Shown: positions 1 to 9,046 of the stretch, piece after piece
How the letters are laid out: every line of letters begins with the position of its first letter
Numbering within the stretch: position 1 is the first letter of the stretch
NCBI GenBank assembly: GCA_024275415.1
Contig: JAJRZD010000005.1
Coordinates: 30,295-62,294 of the forward strand
Source of the DNA: an archaeon
GTDB lineage: Archaea; Asgardarchaeota; Thorarchaeia; Thorarchaeales; Thorarchaeaceae
Length of the DNA stretch: 32,000 nt
Reading direction: 5' to 3'
The notes under the pieces: model-generated
Database searches by the model: none
What the model saw: the letters and a program-made list of their open reading frames with translations, nothing else
Told to the model about the DNA's origin: nothing
Made by a program: the position numbers and the translations under genes

Positions 1-336
1 ACTCTTCTTCTTCTTCTCGGCTTCTCTCTCTATCTCTTGCTCATCCATAAGGGCGTCCACAGCATCGAGAGCTTCTTTTGCTTCAGACTCCGAGAAACCC
101 TCAAGATCCCCTGGCTTTCCAATCCTGATTGTCACTATCGCGTTCTCTCCGCGCGGACGCATTTCCCAATACATTTCCAATCCAGGCTCATCTGACATGA
201 ATTGTCCCAGCATTTCGGTCCACGCGTTCTTCACGTCATCAATGTTCGTGTACAAGAATTCCATGAGAGGGATTGATATCTCGACGTTCAGGACCTTTCC
301 ATCGACTATGTGATAGTTCTCAATGTCCCAAGGCAT
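1..336 (-). CDS. Hypothetical protein, partial (runs off the left edge); not in the supplied ORF track
   Basis: Manual translation from the ATG at 336 gives 112 open codons to position 1 (MPWDIENYHIVDGKVLNVEISIPLMEFLYTNIDDVKNAWTEMLGQF...EREAEKKKKS). A purine-rich GAAGGGA precedes the ATG. It starts 68 bp after the stop of the giant gene on the same strand. Confidence 0.75.
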   Translation of the reverse strand, partial: MPWDIENYHIVDGKVLNVEISIPLMEFLYTNIDDVKNAWTEMLGQFMSDEPGLEMYWEMRPRGENAIVTIRIGKPGDLEGFSESEAKEALDAVDALMDEQEIEREAEKKKKS

Positions 337-404
337 TTCAATGTCCCTTCAGGATAATTGGCTGCAAGACCAATTGATAAGTGTTCTTTGCTCGGTTTGT
401 CCAT

Positions 405-3400
405 CTACTCTGAAACATCATCTTTCTTGTCTTTCTTGAGAAGCGACTCCACCTCTGCAATGAATTCATCCTTCGGATCCACTCTCTCTTTTTGTTCGGT
501 TTTCTTCCTTTTCTTGGCAGGTTTTTTCTTTGCTGGTGCTTCGTCCGGCTCAGAGATAGTGTCTGCTTCAATCTCTTCGTCAAGAGTGGTCTCTTCTGAT
601 TCGGGGACTGTCGTAGCTAGTTCCATGTCATGAACATCGGTCAATCCCATGCCCTGTCGTTGTAATATCGTATGGATACCGATGGGTGTGATGATCCCTT
701 TCTCAGCCATGCTCATGAAAATGTCCAGAACTTCCATTTCTGACTTGTTGAGCAGGTTGGCCACAGGAGCAAGATAGTCTTTCACCTCAAACTCGGTCTG
801 GTCACCAAGAGAGGCTTGGACATACTTGAACACCCTCATCTCATCCTTCTCTCCCTTGACTGAAGGGTTAAGGGTGTGAGGAATCATCATTTGATAGTTC
901 AGTACTGTGTAGAGATTTGACACGATCCATTCGGGGTTGAAACAATCGACCAGTCCAGTCCACTTGGCTAGGTCATTCTTGTACTGTGACTCGAAGAGTT
1001 CGACGAAGAACTGCAAGCGGTCTCGTACCTCCTGAGTGATGCTAGAGTCACCAATCAATATCGCAAGGCAGTTCTCTCCTACCCTACTGTTTAGAATGAG
1101 GCCCTGATAGTTGATTTCCTCAAGAGTGCCCATCTCGCCATTCTGTTTTATCTCACCATACATACTTGTTATGGCAGAGATGAACCCACTGATGAGGTCT
1201 GCCTGTATCCTCGACTCACCAAAGGGGTGGTAGAAAAGGCATGTCCCTCGACCTCTGTAGACTATCATAAAGTGTCGTAGTGATGCGAGGATGTTGAAGT
1301 AGTCATATTGTGCCTTTTTACTGGCGAACATCTTTGCGCGGGACGCCCTGCTTCGTTTGGCCAATAACACTCCTGCAATAAGTCCCCCTAGCATCAAATA
1401 GAACAGTGGGTTATAGAATAGTGATAGTATCTGTATCACCATAACGCCAACTGGGTCTGCTATCACTTCTCGTGTGAGTGTACTTGTGGACATTGGCCAC
1501 AGGTCACGCCTCCCGTGGTACTTTACTACGACGGAAACGGAGGTGGCAGTGCCTTCTTCTTCTGGGACGACATAGCTGAGTTCAGCGACCCCGTTACTGT
1601 CCGTGACACGGCTCAACGTGACGGTCAGGTTGTGGTCGTCCTCGAAGGTGACAGTGATGACGAACTCCACGGTCTCGTCTTCTAGGGGCTGCTGGACCCC
1701 GTCGAGCAACGTCGCTCGGATGACGATGGGTGCGTCCCTGACCACGTTCCCCACATACTCTACCGACAACGTGGGTGTGCCCTTCTCGTCCACGGTCAGC
1801 ACCGCAGATGCAGTCCCTTCGTCACAGCCCTCTGCCACAGCTGAGAATGCGACTACGTACACTCCTGGGGAGTTGGTGATGTGGTAGTCGAGGTAATAGG
1901 TCTCGTCACCCTCCGAATAGGACATCTGGTAGGAAACACCGTCGATCGTGACGTTGACTGTCCCCCAATAGACAGGGAGGTCTCTATCAGAGTCGGTGAA
2001 GGTCACTACGAACGTGATGGTCTCGTTCTCGTACTCGGTGTAGGTACTCTCTGAGGTGAGGGAGGTATGCAGGGCACGTACAATGATACCTGTGTCTATG
2101 ACTTGGGAAGAGTAGTTCTCCTTGGAGAGGGTGAAGGTCAACGTGTGCGTGTCCAGCGACAGCATGACCGCGCTTATCGTGAAGGTGAACCTCCCAGCCA
2201 CGGGCTCGGAATACGTGAGTGCTGACCCAGACCATGAGAACGACTCCCCGCTCGGGTCTATTAGTCCGTCCGTGTGGTCGTTGACGTACTCCACAGTGAT
2301 CTCGACCGTCTGGTTGAGGTACAGCACATCCGGGATAGTGTTCTCTGTGAAGACTAACCTCGTGGGGATGGGTTCAACGGTGAGCGATACCTCGCTCTTG
2401 AAGACCACGTACCCGTGAGTGTAAGCAGAGATGTTACCGTCCAGCGTGGTGACCCCAAGCTCAGAACCCGTGAAGTTGAGGGTGTACGTCCCGTTACCTA
2501 GATCCGTAAGGGGGTGCACAGCCGTGCTGGTGGTCAGGTTCACCTGCATCCCTGGGAGGTAGTTGGAGTCAGTGTCCTGCATGGTAAGCCTGAGCTCGAC
2601 CCATCCATCATAGTAGATGGTCTGTGTGTCGAACCCACCGATGACTGTAATGACCTGTCCAGAGGTGGGGGTCTCTATGACCTCCACGGTGACCGTGAAC
2701 GTGCGGTTGATACTGCCGTACCGCCACGTCCATACCTCCATCTGGTATGTCCCCAGCCCGTCCTGCCCGTCGAAGAGGAACTGATAGACCCCTGCACCGA
2801 CATGGGCAAGGACATAGTCCGTACTCATATAGGTGGCATTGACAAGGGCATCCGTGATAGGCTGTCCGAAAGAGTCTAACACTGTCACGTCCAACGTCTG
2901 CGTGTGGGTGTAGTATATCTGGGTGGTCGTCCATGATGGCGTCACAGAACCACTGTCTATGACGATATACAATGTGTCTACTTGCCTTCCGGTGTCGTAC
3001 CCTGTCTTGTTAGCCATGACCGTGGCGTTCCACGTGCCCAGCCCTATCGCTGAGGCGTCAAGGGTCAGGTGCCAACGCTCGTCTGTTGCCGAGTAGGTGA
3101 AGTCGTACACGGTCGTGGTGTTGACGTACAGCCTGACTGTTGCCCCAGGGATGGGTAAGCTGTCGAAGGTGTAGATGACAGAGATGTCCACGGTCTCGAA
3201 ATAAGTCGCGTTCAGGTCTGATGGGGAGATCCAGTCCACGTAGAACGTGTTCGGTGCGATGGTGATGTTGAGACCTGAAGTGGTGTTTGTCTGTCCCACA
3301 TAACCGAACGACCACGCACTAATAGATGCAGAGTATGTCCCGATACCAATGTCCTCCCCTGGGATAGTGATGTTCCATACCGTGCCCGTATAGGTCAGGT

Positions 3401-5726
3401 CGTAGGTCACACCGTCAATGGTCACGTTCACCACCGCAGAGGGCACGTCTCCCCCGCCATAGGCGTAGTCCACCTGGAGGTTCAGGGAGTCCGTGTATAT
3501 TATCGTCACGTTGGATGGTGTCCATATGACAGTCAGTGGTGACGTTGGCTCCTTGTGGATGGTCAGGGCCTGTGTGTCGTCGAACCTCGGGACATGTTCG
3601 GCCCTCGATGCAGAGATGTTCAATGCGTGGGTGGCAAACCCGAGCCCGTCAGTCCCGTTGAACTGGACCCAGTAGAAGCCCGCAGGGTCGTACTGTAGTG
3701 TCCACGTGGTCGTGTAGTCAGTGACTGTGACGAGGGCGTTCTGGACGATGGTGCCGTTGGCATAGCTGTATTGCACCGTCAGGTTTGTGTTCCCGATATA
3801 GCTGATGTTGTCAGTGTTGGACCATGCCACCACGAGGGGTAACGTGTCATAGGTCAGGGTCACGTCAATGGTGATGCTCTGGTTCTCGATAGCGGACCCG
3901 CTCCCGTTCACCCTCACTTGATAGGTTCCAGCAGAGTAGCCTGTTGTGGAGATAGTGGCTGTCCACGTGCCGTTGTTGAGGTCAGTCATCCCTGTCCATG
4001 TCCCTCCATCGAAGGAATACTGGACTATGACCCCTGCGTATGATCCGTCTATCCCCTTCGGTGTGAAGGTATCGTCAAAGTCCACCCTGACCTCGAAGGT
4101 GCTGTCAGTAAAGGCGTCTATTGTCGGGTCTGCCGGGGTCAACGTCGTGGGGTAGAAGACCACGAACTCCTTCGTCAAGTACCCAGCCTCCGTGCCGTTC
4201 GTCCAATAGACCTCGATGCGGTAAGTCCCGTTGTTGGACGTGTCGAGGTCAATGTCCCATGTGTAGGACGTAGCACCGTTGGTGACGGACTGGTTTGCAG
4301 GGTTATATACCACGGATGTAGAGTCCCAGATGGTGAGGTTCGTAGTCCCAGACGTGGCATTGGTCAGCGTACCGTCTTGGATGGTGTTAGTGATGAGGAG
4401 GTTGTCAGTGATGCTCACCGTGTCCAGTGATATGATCCCTGTGACGTAGTTCGGTGCGGTGGACACCAGTGACCACGTGCCGTTGCCCATGCTCGACACC
4501 AAGACAGTGTTCCCATCAAGCAGGTATGTGGTGTGGTTGGTAGGGTCTGTCCCGTTGTATAGCCCAGATGTGGTCCAGTCGTCCTGCTTGGTGAGGTTGA
4601 GGTATCTGCTCTGGGACTGGCTTGGATATGACACAACAGTGGTCAGGTTCCACATCACGTCGCCCCCGCTCACGGGAACGTCCCACACTGACTGTGCAGG
4701 AACGTCTTTCCTGTACCACAACGTGAGGTTGTGGTATATCCCGACGGACTGGTTGGAGTCGAAGGCGATGGAGGAGATGTTGGTGGGGCTCGTCCACGAA
4801 ACACTGTTCCCACTGAGAGGGGTGCCGTTCGCACGCAAAGAGACCTCAGCGGGCTGGAACACCATCGGGAGGTTCGAGGACTGGTCCCAGGGCACGTAGG
4901 TGTAGTTCAGCAAAGCCTCGTACGCTTGGTTCTGGCTCCATGCATTTAGCTCTCTCGTGTAGAACCTCGTTTGGAACGCCCCTGTGGAACTCTCGGAGTT
5001 CCAGATTATCATCGGGAACGCTGGACCACTCTTCTGCAAGGCGTTCCCGTCGATCAGGGCATAGTAGGTGCTGTCCCCCGTGAGGTTAGCGAGGGCTGTT
5101 ATCGTCGTCCATACACTGCTACCTTCGTACACTAGTGCCTGTGGGCTGGTGACGTTGGAGGAGGAGAGGGCGTAGTCAGAGCGGACGACGAAGTAGGCAT
5201 CCCCATAGAGGGACGGATTATAAGTCGGTGTGCTGTGGAAGACGGAGTAGTTCAACAGGAGCCCGTCGTGGGGCTGGGCGTAGAAGCCCTGTGCGAGCTG
5301 CGTCACGTTGGAGAGTGTGTCTTCCCTGATGTAGAAGTTCTGGGTCTGGTCGATGCTCCCGACGACCTCCCTTTCCACGATGGCGGTGAGGTTGTCTATG
5401 GTCATGTCCGCCCTGTACAGCGTCCAGCCTGCCATGTGGAACTGGGTGAGGTCCACTGTCCCGTTGTGCTGTGCGGTGCTGGCGTAGCTGTTCGTGACGG
5501 TGAAGGTCTGCCCTGTCACTTCCCGGGAGAAGTGCTGGACAGCTGTGGATGTGTTACCTTGACCGGAGGCCGAGGAGATAGAATGCACCGAAATGGCGTC
5601 CATCTCGATCACTTCACCATTTGAATCATTGAATAACGACAGTTCTTTGGGTTTGTCTGCAAGAGGAGTGCTCAGAAGAATGAGAAGACACAGTGCTAGT
5701 ACAGGCAAGATGGTTTTCTGGTTCAT
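405..5726 (-). CDS. Giant cell-surface protein: signal peptide, ~100-aa Ig-like beta-sandwich repeats, TM segment, cytoplasmic longin-like and winged-helix-like domains, acidic/basic tail
   Basis: 1798-aa ORF. The likely start is Met26 (5726), which has GGAGGA 9 nt upstream and is followed by a signal peptide (MNQKTILPVLALCLLILLSTPLA). The ectodomain is rich in Thr/Val/Asn with many N-x-S/T sequons. Hydrophobic stretch ...LFYLMLGGLIAGVLLA precedes KRSRASRAK. Longin-like signature LRHFMIVYRGRGTCLFYHPF...DLISGFISAITSM follows. Confidence 0.85.
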   Translation of the reverse strand: MNQKTILPVLALCLLILLSTPLADKPKELSLFNDSNGEVIEMDAISVHSISSASGQGNTSTAVQHFSREVTGQTFTVTNSYASTAQHNGTVDLTQFHMAGWTLYRADMTIDNLTAIVEREVVGSIDQTQNFYIREDTLSNVTQLAQGFYAQPHDGLLLNYSVFHSTPTYNPSLYGDAYFVVRSDYALSSSNVTSPQALVYEGSSVWTTITALANLTGDSTYYALIDGNALQKSGPAFPMIIWNSESSTGAFQTRFYTRELNAWSQNQAYEALLNYTYVPWDQSSNLPMVFQPAEVSLRANGTPLSGNSVSWTSPTNISSIAFDSNQSVGIYHNLTLWYRKDVPAQSVWDVPVSGGDVMWNLTTVVSYPSQSQSRYLNLTKQDDWTTSGLYNGTDPTNHTTYLLDGNTVLVSSMGNGTWSLVSTAPNYVTGIISLDTVSITDNLLITNTIQDGTLTNATSGTTNLTIWDSTSVVYNPANQSVTNGATSYTWDIDLDTSNNGTYRIEVYWTNGTEAGYLTKEFVVFYPTTLTPADPTIDAFTDSTFEVRVDFDDTFTPKGIDGSYAGVIVQYSFDGGTWTGMTDLNNGTWTATISTTGYSAGTYQVRVNGSGSAIENQSITIDVTLTYDTLPLVVAWSNTDNISYIGNTNLTVQYSYANGTIVQNALVTVTDYTTTWTLQYDPAGFYWVQFNGTDGLGFATHALNISASRAEHVPRFDDTQALTIHKEPTSPLTVIWTPSNVTIIYTDSLNLQVDYAYGGGDVPSAVVNVTIDGVTYDLTYTGTVWNITIPGEDIGIGTYSASISAWSFGYVGQTNTTSGLNITIAPNTFYVDWISPSDLNATYFETVDISVIYTFDSLPIPGATVRLYVNTTTVYDFTYSATDERWHLTLDASAIGLGTWNATVMANKTGYDTGRQVDTLYIVIDSGSVTPSWTTTQIYYTHTQTLDVTVLDSFGQPITDALVNATYMSTDYVLAHVGAGVYQFLFDGQDGLGTYQMEVWTWRYGSINRTFTVTVEVIETPTSGQVITVIGGFDTQTIYYDGWVELRLTMQDTDSNYLPGMQVNLTTSTAVHPLTDLGNGTYTLNFTGSELGVTTLDGNISAYTHGYVVFKSEVSLTVEPIPTRLVFTENTIPDVLYLNQTVEITVEYVNDHTDGLIDPSGESFSWSGSALTYSEPVAGRFTFTISAVMLSLDTHTLTFTLSKENYSSQVIDTGIIVRALHTSLTSESTYTEYENETITFVVTFTDSDRDLPVYWGTVNVTIDGVSYQMSYSEGDETYYLDYHITNSPGVYVVAFSAVAEGCDEGTASAVLTVDEKGTPTLSVEYVGNVVRDAPIVIRATLLDGVQQPLEDETVEFVITVTFEDDHNLTVTLSRVTDSNGVAELSYVVPEEEGTATSVSVVVKYHGRRDLWPMSTSTLTREVIADPVGVMVIQILSLFYNPLFYLMLGGLIAGVLLAKRSRASRAKMFASKKAQYDYFNILASLRHFMIVYRGRGTCLFYHPFGESRIQADLISGFISAITSMYGEIKQNGEMGTLEEINYQGLILNSRVGENCLAILIGDSSITQEVRDRLQFFVELFESQYKNDLAKWTGLVDCFNPEWIVSNLYTVLNYQMMIPHTLNPSVKGEKDEMRVFKYVQASLGDQTEFEVKDYLAPVANLLNKSEMEVLDIFMSMAEKGIITPIGIHTILQRQGMGLTDVHDMELATTVPESEETTLDEEIEADTISEPDEAPAKKKPAKKRKKTEQKERVDPKDEFIAEVESLLKKDKKDDVSE

Positions 5727-6074
5727 AGGTTTGCTTCCTCCATTGTCACCTTTGTTAGTCCCCTGTATGTATCGTGATGGTTGTTCGTGTGTGAAGGGCA
5801 TATACTAAATCTATCCAATGGACAAAAATCGCACATCACGATATTTCTTTTGCATTCTCTTATATCATTGTTTAGGGGGAAGGTTCTCATATGAATACCT
5901 CAAGTAGAGGGGTGCCATTGCGATGCTATAGAGCTGTGATGGCAACCGGTTTCCGTGGTTTATTACTCCAACCAGAATGGAAATTGAAGATATATACGTA
6001 TCTCAATTAGCATGCATTCGATTAATCGAGCTGTTGGGATGGACGACCATTCGGTTTTACATCTAGTTAGTGGT

Positions 6075-6593
6075 TCATGTGTAGTACGATGGACCCGCTT
6101 CATCCGATGAGGGAGGTGTAAGTGCTGGACTTCCCACGACCTCATTTAGTATTGCAATCACCATATCAACTGCTCCGTGTACTCTCCGCATCGTCCGCCA
6201 CAACCTGTCATCTGAGAAGGCATCATCATACAATCGGTCTGACACCACGAAGCCTGGTCCCGGAGGTCCTTGTCCTTTTGGCTGGCCAGGTTTCGGCTGT
6301 ATGAACCCAAGGATGATTCCTTGCTGGAAGCTGAACTTGAGGGCTTTCATCTGGAATTGCTTCATCTTCTCTGGAGTAAGTACCTTGAGGTGCTGGGGCG
6401 AGATCATGACTTGGGACTCGACTTGGATATACCGTTGCTCATTGGGTCTGACCACTGTAAAAAAGAAGCGCATGTATTTTACTTTGAACAAGAATTCCGC
6501 TCGTGCATTCGAGATGCTTTCGACCTTGACCCCTTCATTAGAGAACCAGTTCTTCACTGAGTTCTTGACCATCTCTGACATATCTTCACTCAT
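6075..6593 (-). CDS. DUF2299-like conserved archaeal protein
   Basis: Pattern VKNWFSNEG..V...AEFLF.V...VVRP....IQV...V.ISPQH...GFVV...LYDDAFS matches my recollection of DUF2299. Confidence 0.6.
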   Translation of the reverse strand: MSEDMSEMVKNSVKNWFSNEGVKVESISNARAEFLFKVKYMRFFFTVVRPNEQRYIQVESQVMISPQHLKVLTPEKMKQFQMKALKFSFQQGIILGFIQPKPGQPKGQGPPGPGFVVSDRLYDDAFSDDRLWRTMRRVHGAVDMVIAILNEVVGSPALTPPSSDEAGPSYYT

Positions 6594-6648
6594 TTTCGCA
6601 CACTCAGCCTATTGTCTGAACTCTGGGCTACCACTTAATGGTTGTGTT

Positions 6649-7482
6649 CTACTCTCGCATGAACTGGATTTGGTCGTATCGCTCAGGAACCCTGTCCTGC
6701 CAGCATGTGATTTGCTCTCTCACATCCGATATCATTGAAGTATCCCCTTTATTCACAAAGACCGCCACATCGCTGTTTATACGAGTTCGTCTTACTCCCC
6801 ATGGATCAACGAGCTGGCTGTGTCCGAAGTAGGTCTTCCCATCGAAGCCAAAGCCTACCCTATTCACCGCGGCAAAATACACCTGATTCTCGATAGCCCG
6901 TGCCATGACCAGAGTGTCCCAGTGTTGTGATCTTGGATCCGGAAATGCAGCGGGCATTATGATCAGTTCAGCACCGTTGGTGGCAAGGCTCCTTGTCAAT
7001 TCAGGGAAACGCACATCATAGCAGATTTCCAGTCCTACCTTGATTCCTCCAGCGTCCATGACGACTCCGGTATCGCCCCCTTGAAAAGTATTCTTCTCGT
7101 CTTGGAATGGGTGCAGTTTCCGATATGTAGCGACAAGATTCCCGTGAGGGTTAGCAACCATGAGGGTGTTGAAGTACTTCTCACCAGCTGATTCGATGTC
7201 AGTGGCTACGACATACGCAGAATGCTCTTCAGCGACCTGCTGGATGAAATCGCTTGTAGCGCCCAAGATTCCCGGCCCTGCTCTTTCATAGTCGCTGTAT
7301 CTGAATCCTATTGCAAAGAGCTCAGGTAGTATGATGAACTCGCGATTGGCCGAAGTCTTATGTTGCGCAAGCATCTCCTTTGCCAATCGAAAATTCTCTT
7401 CTCTGTTCCCTTCCTTGCACGGCATCTGAACAAGTGCAACGCTGAAGTCCAAGGAATCACCCATCAATAACGATGCCACCAC
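6649..7482 (-). CDS. Carbon-nitrogen hydrolase (nitrilase/omega-amidase family)
   Basis: Intact Glu-Lys-Cys triad motifs ILPELF, YRKLHPF and EICYDVRFPE, plus RAIENQVY and GHSQLVDPWG. The true start may be the ATG at 7464. Confidence 0.93.
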   Translation of the reverse strand: MVASLLMGDSLDFSVALVQMPCKEGNREENFRLAKEMLAQHKTSANREFIILPELFAIGFRYSDYERAGPGILGATSDFIQQVAEEHSAYVVATDIESAGEKYFNTLMVANPHGNLVATYRKLHPFQDEKNTFQGGDTGVVMDAGGIKVGLEICYDVRFPELTRSLATNGAELIIMPAAFPDPRSQHWDTLVMARAIENQVYFAAVNRVGFGFDGKTYFGHSQLVDPWGVRRTRINSDVAVFVNKGDTSMISDVREQITCWQDRVPERYDQIQFMRE

Positions 7483-7593
7483 TACATCATAAGGCTTATC
7501 TTCATCATCTTATGAGGCGTAATCGTCTTAGCTCGCACGGACGTGTTGCTTGTGGTCAACGAAGTGAATACTGAGCCTGAAGGTAAACATGAT

Positions 7594-7866
7594 ATGCCCA
7601 CGACTTCTTACTCAAAGCCCTCGATTGGTGCTACTGGTAAGACCGGAAGCTGGCGTATCTTTGAGCCGCGTATCGATTATGAGAAGTGCAACCGTTGCAG
7701 AACATGTTGGCTATTTTGTCCCGAGGCCACAATCTCTGTAGATGAAGATGGCACACCGCATATCGATTATGATTATTGCAAGGGTTGTGGTATATGCGCC
7801 CAAGTATGCCCGCCGAAATGCATCGATATGGTACGAACTGGAGAAGCCTTGGAGGTCGAAACATGA
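7594..7866 (+). CDS. porD: 2-oxoacid (pyruvate/2-ketoisovalerate-type):ferredoxin oxidoreductase delta subunit, 2x[4Fe-4S]
   Basis: GKTGSWR..P.ID..KC motif with CxxCxxCxxxCP twice (CNRCRTCWLFCP, CKGCGICAQVCP). The ATG at 7594 is preferred over the ORF-track GTG at 7543. Substrate is not established. Confidence 0.9.
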   Translation: MPTTSYSKPSIGATGKTGSWRIFEPRIDYEKCNRCRTCWLFCPEATISVDEDGTPHIDYDYCKGCGICAQVCPPKCIDMVRTGEALEVET

Positions 7867-9041
7867 AGACTGAATTGATGAGTGCAAACTATGCAGCTGC
7901 GAGGGCTGTCATGTCTGCTAGGGTCGAGGTGGTTGCTGCATATCCGATCACTCCTGCCACTACGGTGCCCGAGCAGGTGGCATACCTGAACGAGAAAGGA
8001 CTCTGGAATGGACAATTCATCAGAGTGGAATCTGAGCACTCTGCGATGTTCGCCTGCATTGGAGCCAGCTCGACCGGGGCACGAGCTTTCACAGCCACAT
8101 CCTCCAATGGATTGCTTCTCATGCATGAGGCATTGCATTGGGCCACTGCTGCAAGACTACCAGTTGTTCTTGCAAATATAAACCGGTCAGTTTCGCCAAG
8201 TTGGAATATCCATGTGACCCATGATGATTCGATGTCACAACGTGACACAGGCTGGATACAGTTCTATGTTGCAAGCGTGGACGAGTTCTATCATACAATC
8301 ATCCAAGCATTCAAACTTGCAGAGGACGAGCGGATTCTTCTCCCTGTCATGGTAAACGCGGATGGTTTCGTTCTTAGTCACACCGTGCAACCCTATGATT
8401 ATCTGGAACCCGAGGAAGTTGACAAGTTCCTCCCGCCCTACAATCCCCCTCACTGGACAATGGATCCAGAGAATCCTGTTTCTCATGGGAACATTGTCTT
8501 TCCAGAGTTCTATCAAGAGTTCAGGAACCAGATGCATGAGGCGGGCAAGAATGCATTGATGGTCTATGAGGAGATCGAACAGGAATACAAGAAGTTGTTC
8601 GGGAAGTATTTTGGTGGTCCCATTGACTGCTACAGGTGTGATGATGCAGAAGTGATATTCACATCTCAAGGTTCGATGGGTGCTGAAGCCAAGGATGCTG
8701 TTGATGAACTCCGGCAGGAAGGTTACAAGGTGGGAAATGCCCGTATCAGGATGTTTCGTCCATTCCCAGTTGATAAAATAAGAGAACTCGGGTCGAAAGT
8801 CAAGGGGATAGCCGCCTTTGATAGAGGCGTTTCCTATGGGTTCGGAGGACATGTTGCTAGTGAGATTCGTTCTGTCATGTACAATACTGACCATCGACCA
8901 ATGATTAAGAGCTATATTGGAGGTCTCGGTGGAAGGGACATGACTGTGAAAGACATCAAGGAAGTGATCTTAGATATGGTCAAGGCTGTCGAGAGTGGAG
9001 AAACAGGTGCCGAAGAAACTTGGCATGCCCTAAAGGAGTGA
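7863..9041 (+). CDS. porA: 2-oxoacid:ferredoxin oxidoreductase alpha subunit
   Basis: AAYPITP, VESEHSA, FTATSS.GL.LMHE and RDTGWIQ motifs. The ATG at 7863 overlaps the delta stop (ATGA) and has GGAGGT upstream, so the ORF-track extension to 7776 is an artefact. Confidence 0.93.
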   Translation: MKTELMSANYAAARAVMSARVEVVAAYPITPATTVPEQVAYLNEKGLWNGQFIRVESEHSAMFACIGASSTGARAFTATSSNGLLLMHEALHWATAARLPVVLANINRSVSPSWNIHVTHDDSMSQRDTGWIQFYVASVDEFYHTIIQAFKLAEDERILLPVMVNADGFVLSHTVQPYDYLEPEEVDKFLPPYNPPHWTMDPENPVSHGNIVFPEFYQEFRNQMHEAGKNALMVYEEIEQEYKKLFGKYFGGPIDCYRCDDAEVIFTSQGSMGAEAKDAVDELRQEGYKVGNARIRMFRPFPVDKIRELGSKVKGIAAFDRGVSYGFGGHVASEIRSVMYNTDHRPMIKSYIGGLGGRDMTVKDIKEVILDMVKAVESGETGAEETWHALKE

Positions 9042-9046
9042 TGAGA

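Noticed and set aside
7776-7866. Fusion or programmed frameshift between delta and alpha subunits
   Set aside because: The ATGA overlap with a GGAGGT RBS explains it as ordinary translational coupling; the extra N-terminal residues in the ORF track are spurious.
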